From assembly GCA_050013255.1 (NCBI GenBank), contig JBEKFP010000002.1, positions 128,001 to 192,000 of the forward strand: a stretch of DNA of 64,000 bases. Direction: 5' to 3'. This DNA is from Candidatus Bathyarchaeia archaeon (lineage in GTDB: Archaea > Thermoproteota > Bathyarchaeia > 40CM-2-53-6). A program made the translations under genes and the position numbers. The notes beneath the pieces were generated by a model. It saw only the letters and a program-made list of their open reading frames with translations, was not told where the DNA came from and did not search any database. This document shows positions 48,420-57,389 of the stretch, piece by piece (the first letter of the stretch is position 1; each line of letters starts with the position of its first letter).

Positions 48420-50816
48420 ATGAAAATTGCCCGAAATCTAGTACTTTGCCTCATCTTAGCGTTAGTGATTCTTGCACCTGCATTGAGTCCTGCGGAGGCA
48501 GTAATTACTCCTCTGAGTACAGGTATTTTTCCTTCCGGGACAATTGTTGTCCCAATGGACGGAAAGCAAAATGACAGGATTCATGTTTACGGCCTAGTTC
48601 ACGAGTTTCTGAAGTCTACTCCAAACTCACAGATTGCCCGCGTTATTGAGCCCCCTGATGTCACGTTACAGACGCAATTAACTCCGAGCGGGGACGTCTA
48701 TCAGGGTGGGCCGTTCCTTATCGATTCTTCATACGCCGCGGCCATCAATACTTTGTTGGGCAACTCGACTTTCTCTAAAGTGACAGTTACGCGTCTCACC
48801 GCCTCCTTTACGTCGAACAGAATTTTCTTCGTAAGACAGCCAACTAAGATTCTCGTAATCGGTGATGGTTATTGGGGTGAAACATATCTCACACTTTTGA
48901 GGATGGGGATAAGCTTCGATCGGGTGACGACTGACCAAATATTGGCCAACCCATCATTGATCAACCAATACACACTAATCGTACTCGACAGCCCGGGTTG
49001 GTACGGAAATCCGTCAGCCTACGTGCCTGCTCGCCGAGCCCAGATCCAAGCTGTCTATAACACAATTCAAGCTCGCGTCCAGGCTGGAAACGAGGTAATG
49101 TTTACTGACGCTGCACTGTTGGATTTGAACTCGACTTTCCCAGGCTATATTAAATTGGGACAAGGTGGAGAAGCATCTACCCCAACTGTGACTGTCTATA
49201 ATCCATCAAGAGGAGGGTTCACTCCTGAGTTCCCAGGTCAGTACTATAATTCAGGGCCAACCCCGAACAAAGCGAAGATCTTGACCGAGGAGGGAGCGGG
49301 GCAATGGGTGCCCACCGCTGTTCCAGCGGCGCACGCTGGCGATGTTAGAGTAATTATGGATACAACTAACTACGGCTACCCAGCCCCACAGATCCCCTAC
49401 GCGATTCTCGCATTCTACTTCCCGTACGGTAACGGAATAGTCGAAGGCTTGGCATTCCAACCCTACCAGCAACTTTACCCGAACTATGCTGACCAGAACG
49501 GATACTATGCAACCTACGAAATTTACGGGAACAAATTCGTCGAGGGTCCACAATCCGACTTCTTCATCACAGCAACGCCTACGGCAGAAACGGTATCCCA
49601 AGGTCAAACCGCAAGTTACAGTTTGGCTGTGACTTCGGTGGGCAGTTTTAGTTCAGGCATTTCTCTTCAAGTGACTGCTGGCTTACCCCCGGGGGTACAA
49701 GCAAGCATCGTGCCCTCCTCTGTTACACCGAGTTCAGGAGGGACAGTAACTTCTACCCTTACGATTCCGACATCTTTGACTACGCCCACTGGGACGTATA
49801 ACCTCACGATTACAGGAACCTCAACTCTCCCACTCACCACTCGAAGCGTAGTCGTGACTCTTACTATTCAACCAGCGGCATCAGACTTTACGATCACAGC
49901 CAGCCCCCAAGCGCCAATCCCCCTCGTAGTTAACCAGGGCCAGTGTGGAAACATCACCATCACCGTTAGCTCAATTGGTAACTTCAGCTCACCCGTTGCC
50001 TTGACTCTCACGAACCTTCCCGCGCATGTTTCAGCAAGTTTCATACCCACCGCTGCCCCTACCCCACCACCGGGCGGCACAGCGGTCTCCGCTCTGAAAT
50101 TATGCCCAGACTCTTCCTTGACCCCTAACAACTACACGATGACGGTTGTCGGGACGAGCGGGTCACAGGTTCACACGGTCGACGTTATCATAGATGTTCC
50201 GCAACCATCGTTTAATTCCCTCATCTACCTGATCGTGCTAGCGCTTCTTCTCCTATCCATTGGTTTAGGCTTGCTCGCTTTTTACCTCTCGAGAAAAGGT
50301 CCAAGAAGGTTGCTTCGGCCGCGAGCGCGCTACGTTTTGCCTCTTCCGACCATTCGTTGCCGTTATTGTGGAAGGGTCATGCCTATGCAGGCCGTATACT
50401 GCCCCTTCTGCGGAAGAACCCAAGTGATCCTCGCGCGACGGCCTCCTAGAGTGGTCTCGGGTAGGCGCGGGAGGAGTGTTATCGGATTTGCACTTTGCCT
50501 TGTCTCCGGAATCCTCGTTCTCCTCAACAGCGCCGTCCTCCTAGTACCCTCATTCTACGGGCCTCCAGTAAACTGGTCGACAATCTTCTTCTGGTTACCG
50601 GCGATAGGACAAAGCTATGCCTTCGCGCTGGGCGTCATCATCGGCCTTACGCTCATCATGGGCTCGATAATCATGGTCATGGGACACGGAGCGATCGCGG
50701 ATGTCGTCATATTTCCGTTTGCAGTCTTTAGCATCATAATCGGTGGAGGTTTTGTCGCCGGTTTTGTGCTCGGAGTAGTTGGCGGGATCCTTGGGGCCTT
50801 GAGACGTAATTCATGA
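48420..50816 (+). CDS. Large surface protein: signal peptide, alpha/beta domain, two Ig-like repeats, TM, zinc ribbon, terminal membrane domain
   Basis: Two SDF.ITA.P...SxGxFSS repeats, CRYC...CPFC, and a Gly-rich hydrophobic C-terminus (GGGFVAGFVLGVVGGILG). Confidence 0.75.
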   Translation: MKIARNLVLCLILALVILAPALSPAEAVITPLSTGIFPSGTIVVPMDGKQNDRIHVYGLVHEFLKSTPNSQIARVIEPPDVTLQTQLTPSGDVYQGGPFLIDSSYAAAINTLLGNSTFSKVTVTRLTASFTSNRIFFVRQPTKILVIGDGYWGETYLTLLRMGISFDRVTTDQILANPSLINQYTLIVLDSPGWYGNPSAYVPARRAQIQAVYNTIQARVQAGNEVMFTDAALLDLNSTFPGYIKLGQGGEASTPTVTVYNPSRGGFTPEFPGQYYNSGPTPNKAKILTEEGAGQWVPTAVPAAHAGDVRVIMDTTNYGYPAPQIPYAILAFYFPYGNGIVEGLAFQPYQQLYPNYADQNGYYATYEIYGNKFVEGPQSDFFITATPTAETVSQGQTASYSLAVTSVGSFSSGISLQVTAGLPPGVQASIVPSSVTPSSGGTVTSTLTIPTSLTTPTGTYNLTITGTSTLPLTTRSVVVTLTIQPAASDFTITASPQAPIPLVVNQGQCGNITITVSSIGNFSSPVALTLTNLPAHVSASFIPTAAPTPPPGGTAVSALKLCPDSSLTPNNYTMTVVGTSGSQVHTVDVIIDVPQPSFNSLIYLIVLALLLLSIGLGLLAFYLSRKGPRRLLRPRARYVLPLPTIRCRYCGRVMPMQAVYCPFCGRTQVILARRPPRVVSGRRGRSVIGFALCLVSGILVLLNSAVLLVPSFYGPPVNWSTIFFWLPAIGQSYAFALGVIIGLTLIMGSIIMVMGHGAIADVVIFPFAVFSIIIGGGFVAGFVLGVVGGILGALRRNS

Positions 50817-51246
50817 CGAAATATTTCGACGCTTGTCACGAATTTTCTAATCCTGGCCACGGCACCTAGCTTTCGGTAATGTGCCTGCCTTTCTAGAGTT
50901 AGTTTCCATGTCAGAATTTACTTGAACAACACAATGCCTATTGTTGAAGTTGGTCATCCCGCCCCGTAATCTTTAGTTCCTCGAATCAATCGCCAGCTTG
51001 CCGAGCTCAATGTCTTGCGTGGATTTTGCAGCTCGCGGTATCATTTTCTTGCTTTCGAGCCAGAATCTGCACGTGAGTCATGGTGAAATCCCTATGTCAC
51101 AAATGGCACCACAATCTGGGTTGTGGTGCAATGCAAAATGGAAGTCATGGAATATTATCGCGATTCAAGTGGATTCTGGCGAATCAAAAACTTCCGAAGA
51201 CGCCGGCGCGCTAGAATCTAATTCTTCACCGGCCGATGCCTTTCGC

Positions 51247-52422
51247 TTAGGCCGTGTGAATTTCCACTATGTCTTTGTCGTCGAGTACATGATCGGGGCC
51301 CACACGCTCGCCCGCGAACTTGCTAGTCGGACCCCAAATTCGTGAGTACCGATACTTATTCGCCAAATCTGAATGGATGCTTCGAGCTAACTCCCTGACC
51401 GTTGTCCCGGCCTGGATGACAAAAGGGAACTGCGAGGCTCTGGCCTCGTTGGGTTCCTTAGTGTACACCCTGATTATCCCCAAGGTGCGAAAGAAGTTGT
51501 CGGCTACATCTTTCAAACCTTGCCCGGTCAGGCATGAAGTAAAGATGTAAGGCAAGGATTGAGGAAGAGTTCGTGGAAAGTCAAGAGAAGCCTGACGCGC
51601 CTCCGGGAGGTCAAATTTGTTCCCGACTACAATCGTTGGCTTATACAAAGTCACGTTTTCAAATATCGCGTCCTCCACATCTTCCACCGATGCATCGCCG
51701 TATATTCTGACAAGTGCATTCCTAATTCCGTAGCTGTGTAGTATTCCCCGAATTTCTGCTGGGGTACAGGACTTTTGTTGGGCGGAGGAAGCAATGCGGA
51801 TTTCGCCTGAACCTTTCTCTTGGATTATATCTACTTTCGACAGCGTTTTCTGAGAAGAAACGTGAATCTCTTCGAGGGAAGTCATAATGGAGAGCAGATG
51901 GCTTGAGGGATCGGATGCGAGATCCACAACAAGCACAAGGCCGTCTGAAGATCTAATCAGGTCCAGGGCCTCCGGCTGTATGTGATATTTGTTGTCGCGA
52001 CCGAGCTGAAGAGCGGGTAACTCAACTAATTGAAGTTGAATATCTTCGTATTGCAGCATTCCTGGAATTGGTCGTTGAGTTGCATAATCGTACGAAGCTA
52101 CTGCCACCTGGGCATGAGTAAGTGACCGGAGCAGGCTGCTACGTCCTGCTTTGGTCGGGCCAATCAAAGTGAGCTGGGCGGCTCCCTCGCGCTCAACAAA
52201 CCAGGCCGAATGGCTACTGCCACGTTTGCCCCGCTGAGTTGTGAGGTCCTCTTTGAGATCGGCGATTTTAGTTTTGATCTGCGCCCTAAGTCGCTCGTTC
52301 CCCTTATGTTTAGGTATGGCCGAATAAAATTCTTGATAGGCCTGGAGTTTCTCTCTGAGGTTCTTTGCTAGCTGAGCTTCCTGCCACTTCGCCTGTGCTT
52401 CAGCTGTGAGGTTTGCTGGCAA
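51247..52422 (-). CDS. OBG/DRG-family GTP-binding protein with TGS domain
   Basis: IPKHKGNE, G1-like GPTKAGRSS, NKFD, IIRVYTK and RVGPDHVLDDKDIVEIH. Confidence 0.88.
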   Translation of the reverse strand: MPANLTAEAQAKWQEAQLAKNLREKLQAYQEFYSAIPKHKGNERLRAQIKTKIADLKEDLTTQRGKRGSSHSAWFVEREGAAQLTLIGPTKAGRSSLLRSLTHAQVAVASYDYATQRPIPGMLQYEDIQLQLVELPALQLGRDNKYHIQPEALDLIRSSDGLVLVVDLASDPSSHLLSIMTSLEEIHVSSQKTLSKVDIIQEKGSGEIRIASSAQQKSCTPAEIRGILHSYGIRNALVRIYGDASVEDVEDAIFENVTLYKPTIVVGNKFDLPEARQASLDFPRTLPQSLPYIFTSCLTGQGLKDVADNFFRTLGIIRVYTKEPNEARASQFPFVIQAGTTVRELARSIHSDLANKYRYSRIWGPTSKFAGERVGPDHVLDDKDIVEIHTA

Positions 52423-52443
52423 CGCCTCTCGTCTGCTTAGCGT

Positions 52444-52977
52444 TTAGTGGAAGAGGAACGGTGCAGAAGGCGGATTTATGTCCTTTTCTGGAACCTTCGT
52501 CACCATGGTTGACGCAACCCTATCGCCGAGCCGCTGGCGATCATGAGATGCGAGTATGCAAAGAGCAGCAACGATGTAGAACAGTGGCAACCAATCTAGA
52601 AATCGAAACAGGTTCCGTTTGAGTGAAGCGCCTAGTGAACATGGGTCCCCGTCTTTCCCCACCACACGCAATCTCAAAAGCCACTTTCCGATCGTCGAAG
52701 CGAAGATCCATTCTAGCACAAAGTAGTAGACGAACGTAGTACCGACGAGGGAAGCCAGAGTTGTCGGGGGCACTGACCCGACACCCGCCGTCGTCCAAGA
52801 AGAGAGGAATTTGTTCCATCCACCAATGAAGGTGAGCCATATCAAGAAAACGACGAATGAGTCGATTGCTCCAGCCGCGATTCGCCTCGTTAACGGCGCT
52901 GGGTAAATTCGAATTGGAGGTGTTGATAATGTCTCGATGCTAATTTCTTCGTGCTCGTGCTGATGAGACATTGTCAT
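52444..52977 (-). CDS. RDD family membrane protein
   Basis: RRIAAGAID, TIGKWLLRLRV and QRLGDRVASTMV. Confidence 0.88.
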   Translation of the reverse strand: MTMSHQHEHEEISIETLSTPPIRIYPAPLTRRIAAGAIDSFVVFLIWLTFIGGWNKFLSSWTTAGVGSVPPTTLASLVGTTFVYYFVLEWIFASTIGKWLLRLRVVGKDGDPCSLGASLKRNLFRFLDWLPLFYIVAALCILASHDRQRLGDRVASTMVTKVPEKDINPPSAPFLFH

Positions 52978-53120
52978 CTATACCCTGTCGATCTTGACTT
53001 GTTAGTAAGGCCTGCTGTGGGACAATTTTCGGTTGATGAAAATTCATGGGTTCAGACATACGCTTAAATACAATCCGAAGAGTAAATCCATTTATCAAAA
53101 AGGAGCAATCGAACGGAATA

Positions 53121-53429
53121 ATGCCGGAAGTGTGCCCCACTTGTGGGCTTCCTAAAGATCTCTGCGTCTGCGGAACCATTAGCATGGAACAGCAGCTTGT
53201 AAAGGTCCGCTTAGAAACGAGGAAATGGGGTAAAGCAACAACAATTATCGAGGGCATAAACTCGAAGAGTGTTAACCTCGGGGACCTCGGTGCCAAGTTG
53301 AAGACTAATTGTGCCTGTGGTGGCACCACCAAAGATGGCCTCATAATCCTTCAAGGCGATCACAGGAATAAAGTCAAGAAACTGCTTGTTCAAACTGGCT
53401 TTCCGGAAGGCTCAATTGAAATTCATTGA
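53121..53429 (+). CDS. Translation initiation factor aIF1 (SUI1 homolog)
   Basis: MPEVCPTCGLPKDLCVC, LKTNCACGGT and LQGDHR; ATG at 53121 preferred. Confidence 0.93.
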   Translation: MPEVCPTCGLPKDLCVCGTISMEQQLVKVRLETRKWGKATTIIEGINSKSVNLGDLGAKLKTNCACGGTTKDGLIILQGDHRNKVKKLLVQTGFPEGSIEIH

Positions 53430-53453
53430 CCCTATTAGACCAGGGTATTTGTA

Positions 53454-53663
53454 ATGGGCGCTTTCTTCGACACCATGAAGAACCTCAAACATTCTGGGCC
53501 TGCGCCGAAGATCTGCCCAGAGTGTGGGAGCATGAAGGTGAAGCAGCAGGGCTCGTTGAATGGCTGGTTGATGCCGGCAGTCTATGCATGTGAGGAATGC
53601 GGTTATGTTGGCGGCATTGTTCTTGAGCTTGATGAAGAGAACGATGACCAAAAGAAAACATGA
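53454..53663 (+). CDS. Small zinc-ribbon protein
   Basis: CPECGS...YACEECGY. Confidence 0.75.
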   Translation: MGAFFDTMKNLKHSGPAPKICPECGSMKVKQQGSLNGWLMPAVYACEECGYVGGIVLELDEENDDQKKT

Positions 53664-53665
53664 GA

Positions 53666-53684
53666 CGTTAATGTTCCATTAACG
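53666..53684. promoter_or_regulatory. Inverted repeat cgttaatg-ttc-cattaacg just upstream of a TATA-like ttaatata
   Basis: Perfect 8-bp arms; TATA-like element at 53690-53697, about 35 nt before the 53731 start. Confidence 0.45.
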
Positions 53685-53730
53685 GTACATTAATATACCG
53701 CTCACGCCTGAGGACGAGCCGTAGACCTAA

Positions 53731-54633
53731 TTGGAGCGGCTGGACTCACTGGACTCAAGAAACGAACTTCACCTCATTCCGTGGGTCGCCGTAGTTCTTC
53801 TGGTTTCTCTCACATTCGGTGGGTTGCAAACCGCATCGGCCGATCAAATTCTCACGCGCACACTGAGCGTGCAGCTAAGCACAGGCGACTACTTGGTGGT
53901 TCAAAGTGATAGGGCAAGCATACAGCAGGTGTTCGTTCAGGGCAACTTCTCAGCGACCAACATGACACGACTCGCCCATTATCCTGCGGGCGACTACGAG
54001 ATTCAAGCATTCAATCCAGGCAGTTTCGAGTTGAGATTCATTTTCGATTACCCTAGTGAGTATCAGATCAACTTGCTCACTAGGTCCTCAAATTCAAGTT
54101 CGCCCGGGAATAGTACAACTTACTACTTGTCGGGCGGTTCGTTTGAGCTTGACGTAACTGCGATCTTCAACGCGCGGCCTAACACTCCCCCAATTGCCGT
54201 CCCATCCCTGTCGCCTTGGGACAGCTTTCTTCAGTGGATTGGAAAGTTTGGGGAGGCGTTTCCGTTATGGGTGAAGGGGCTCTATCTTGCGCTCGGCCTC
54301 CAATTCTTTGGTGTGGGTGGCTTATGGATCGCGCGTGAGTCCAAGAGGAAGGAAACAGCAGGGCAGCGACTTGACCTGGGCGATAAGGCATACCTCTGGT
54401 TAGGTGTCGTCTACAAGTTCCTGGTGGTCTCTTTTGCTGCAATCATTGCCATTATGGGCGGTGAACTTCTCTTACTGTTTGTACTTCGTTTCATGTTCCT
54501 TGCCTCTCTAGACCTTCTGTCTTTGTGGGATCTTTTTGTCGTTGGCTTTGCGGCAGGAGCGATCATAATGGTCTACCTAATTCGGTTTAGCCTTGAGAAG
54601 GTTTTCGACCTCAAACCTGTGGAAGGTGAGTAG
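53731..54633 (+). CDS. Membrane protein: signal/TM, extracellular beta domain, three C-terminal TM helices
   Basis: Hydropathy pattern and sequons (NFS, NMT, NSS, NST); stop codon 2 nt before the AAA-Lon start. Confidence 0.8.
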   Translation: MERLDSLDSRNELHLIPWVAVVLLVSLTFGGLQTASADQILTRTLSVQLSTGDYLVVQSDRASIQQVFVQGNFSATNMTRLAHYPAGDYEIQAFNPGSFELRFIFDYPSEYQINLLTRSSNSSSPGNSTTYYLSGGSFELDVTAIFNARPNTPPIAVPSLSPWDSFLQWIGKFGEAFPLWVKGLYLALGLQFFGVGGLWIARESKRKETAGQRLDLGDKAYLWLGVVYKFLVVSFAAIIAIMGGELLLLFVLRFMFLASLDLLSLWDLFVVGFAAGAIIMVYLIRFSLEKVFDLKPVEGE

Positions 54634-54635
54634 TT

Positions 54636-57389
54636 ATGTCAAGTCAACTTGATGATTTGGAACGATATGTGCAGGCGCCTTCAGAACCTGAAGAGAACCT
54701 GGAGTGGTGGCGCAGGTTCAGAATATTGCGTTGGTTGAACTACGTACCGCTTCGTGCTGTCGATAAGGATTACGCGAAATGGCGGAAATCGCGAATATCG
54801 CCGAGGAAGTTCAGAAAAATACAGCAGCGCTTGGATAAGCTCTACCCGCCAGACAAATTCTCCTCAGTCAAACTCATCGGGCGCGAAAAAGAATACAACC
54901 TCCTGTTGGATTCTTTCAGGCTCCACGTCCTAAAGCACCCAATGCTTCGAAAATGGTTCGATAAAGACGAACTTCCGAAGGCCATCTGCCTAACCGGGGA
55001 AAGTGGAACCGGTAAGACTTTCCTCACGATGGTTTCTCTAAAGCAGATGCTACTTGAAGCCCACTCAAATGGCGTACTGCTCTCACCAATAATCATCAAA
55101 GGATCCGATGTCTTCTCAGAATACTACGGGCGGAGCACCAAGCAATTGAGTCGATTATTGGAGCGTGCTGCTTCAGCCCCTTCAGTGATCTACATAGATG
55201 AGTTCCAGAGTTTTGGAAAGAAGGTGAGAGGTGATTCTGGCACAGAACTGGAAGACACACGAGTTCAGGACGAGATAAACAGATGGCTCGATAAGATCCT
55301 AAGCAACGACGCACGCACCTTGGTAATTGTCGCTACAAATTCCTATGAACAAACGCGAGAAGACATTCGCCGCCGACTATCGCGGGTCGACCTTGACTCA
55401 GGAGTCACCCACGAGATGCTGCTGGCGATCATAAAGGACAGATTGTCAAGCGAAAGTTGGCGCGGAATTTCATCAGGTGAGATATTAGAGGTCTTGGAAA
55501 GAGAAGCGTCAATGCGCCGGCACGGTTCCATCACCCCAAATGATGTCCTAAGCGTTTTTAGAGAAGTGAAACGCGCGAAAGAGGTTCCACTGCTCGAGGC
55601 AATTCGAAGGTCTGTGCCTGGTCCGTTGTCCAAGTGGACCAAACCTAGGTACAGGGTAAGCCTCGAGGATTTTGCTCAGGCAGCGCACACGATGAAGTTC
55701 TATTCTGAGCGTGAAAAGTCGCAGGAAATTAGGGACGCGGTTTACATCGTCACCCCGAAGGATTCCAGAGAAGACATCGGCGGCCTTCATGACCTTAGGG
55801 ACAAAGTACTGAACCACATATCGCTCGCCTTCAACCGGAAAATGTCGGAGCTCGGATACGCCTCCAATTGTAGGTTCTTGCTGTTTGGGCCGCCAGGTAC
55901 CGGGAAGACGCTCCTCGCATTGGTTGCTGCAGCTGAGAATCGAGTTGCCTTCATCAAAGTCAGGGGAGGTGAACTGATGAGCGGTGCAAGTTACATAGGT
56001 GAACCCGAGAAACGGATTAAGGATCTATTTGCACTGGCCAGGCAGAGAACTCCGTGCATTCTTTTCCTCGACGAAGCCGACGCGATTTTCTGGGGAGCTG
56101 ACCCAACAGGTAACAAGATTCTTGCGCAAATAAAGGCCGAGTTGAGCGAGATTAAACCTGACGAAGGAATTGTGGTTATCGCCGCATCCAACAAGGAAAA
56201 TCTGATTGACCAAGCTACTAGGGATCGGTTCGAACCAAACGTATACTACGTACATCCACCGTTGAACGATGGTGAATGGAACGAGGTTGTGGAGATCCAC
56301 CTCAGAAAGTTCAGAAGGTTTCTACATCAGGAGATTGACCCGGCAAAAATCACACGGCTATTTAGAATGCAACGAATCTTGAGCCCGAGAGCTGCAGCCG
56401 AAACCATCTCCGAGGCACACAGGTTATGGGCTTCAGAATTGAGTGCGGTGGATGAGATTCGGACAGCTAAGGATGAGCAGGAGAAGCTCTTCGTCAAGAA
56501 GCGATACGAAGCGGACCTGAAACGGCTCCAATCCGTGATTGAAATGGAAGGCCACAAGTTATCGATGGAAAAAGTCGACGAGACTTGTTACCCAATCCGC
56601 CTGTACCACTTCGAAAGGGCAATTCAAGCGCTGGAGTCTAGCCAAGACAAACAGCGAAGAGAAATGGAAGAAGCCCTCATTCTGACCACGCCCACACCTG
56701 GAGCTTCATTCGGCCTCTACGCTGCTGATGATGGAACCGGTGGAATAATCACCGTAGAATGTTCAAGTAGACCGATAATCCCGGGAGAGAGACTCGTCTC
56801 CATAACAGGCAATTCCACTTCGATGATTGTAGGTCAGTCCGTCGTTCCGGACGAATCGGTTCTACAGAGCGCGCAAAACGCCGTAGAAGCGGTTAGGTCC
56901 TGGCTTTGGACGGCGTGCAACATGGACCTCAGCCGTTTGCATGTGCATTTCCAAGTTAGAAGCCTATTAGAAGGTGCCCCGGGGCAGGGAGTATCAGGGC
57001 CGAGTGCCGGTTTGGCGATGGTCCTAGCACTTTTCTCGGAACTTTCAGGCGTTCCGATTTCGCCTTCAATTGTTGCTACAGGAACAATCGGAGTTAAGCA
57101 TGACGTTGGCCCCGTAGGCGGACTAGGAGGGTACGGAACTCAGACTGGGAAGATTGTTGGAATCCTGAAGTCGAGACGTATACGTGTCACAGATTTGGTG
57201 TTGCCCATTGCAAACTTCGAAGCGGCGAGAGATGAAATGAGGATTCTGCAAGAAGAGGGGGTTTGCGTTCATCCTATACGTAACGTAGCAGAATGCTTGG
57301 AAGTTGTGTTCGGTGTTAGCGAACAGGGATTGATTGGAGAGATAAAAGAAAGGTACGAGACAGCTGCGATGCTAACTCAGCGGGCTTAG
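54636..57389 (+). CDS. Tandem classical-clade AAA ATPase fused to a Lon-type (S16) protease domain
   Basis: D1 GESGTGKT, IYIDE, ATN...IRRR; D2 DIGGL, GPPGTGKT, LFLDEAD, ASN..LIDQATRDRF; C-terminal VHFQ, GPSAG, ATGTI, PVGG...GK and VLPIAN. Confidence 0.88.
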   Translation: MSSQLDDLERYVQAPSEPEENLEWWRRFRILRWLNYVPLRAVDKDYAKWRKSRISPRKFRKIQQRLDKLYPPDKFSSVKLIGREKEYNLLLDSFRLHVLKHPMLRKWFDKDELPKAICLTGESGTGKTFLTMVSLKQMLLEAHSNGVLLSPIIIKGSDVFSEYYGRSTKQLSRLLERAASAPSVIYIDEFQSFGKKVRGDSGTELEDTRVQDEINRWLDKILSNDARTLVIVATNSYEQTREDIRRRLSRVDLDSGVTHEMLLAIIKDRLSSESWRGISSGEILEVLEREASMRRHGSITPNDVLSVFREVKRAKEVPLLEAIRRSVPGPLSKWTKPRYRVSLEDFAQAAHTMKFYSEREKSQEIRDAVYIVTPKDSREDIGGLHDLRDKVLNHISLAFNRKMSELGYASNCRFLLFGPPGTGKTLLALVAAAENRVAFIKVRGGELMSGASYIGEPEKRIKDLFALARQRTPCILFLDEADAIFWGADPTGNKILAQIKAELSEIKPDEGIVVIAASNKENLIDQATRDRFEPNVYYVHPPLNDGEWNEVVEIHLRKFRRFLHQEIDPAKITRLFRMQRILSPRAAAETISEAHRLWASELSAVDEIRTAKDEQEKLFVKKRYEADLKRLQSVIEMEGHKLSMEKVDETCYPIRLYHFERAIQALESSQDKQRREMEEALILTTPTPGASFGLYAADDGTGGIITVECSSRPIIPGERLVSITGNSTSMIVGQSVVPDESVLQSAQNAVEAVRSWLWTACNMDLSRLHVHFQVRSLLEGAPGQGVSGPSAGLAMVLALFSELSGVPISPSIVATGTIGVKHDVGPVGGLGGYGTQTGKIVGILKSRRIRVTDLVLPIANFEAARDEMRILQEEGVCVHPIRNVAECLEVVFGVSEQGLIGEIKERYETAAMLTQRA

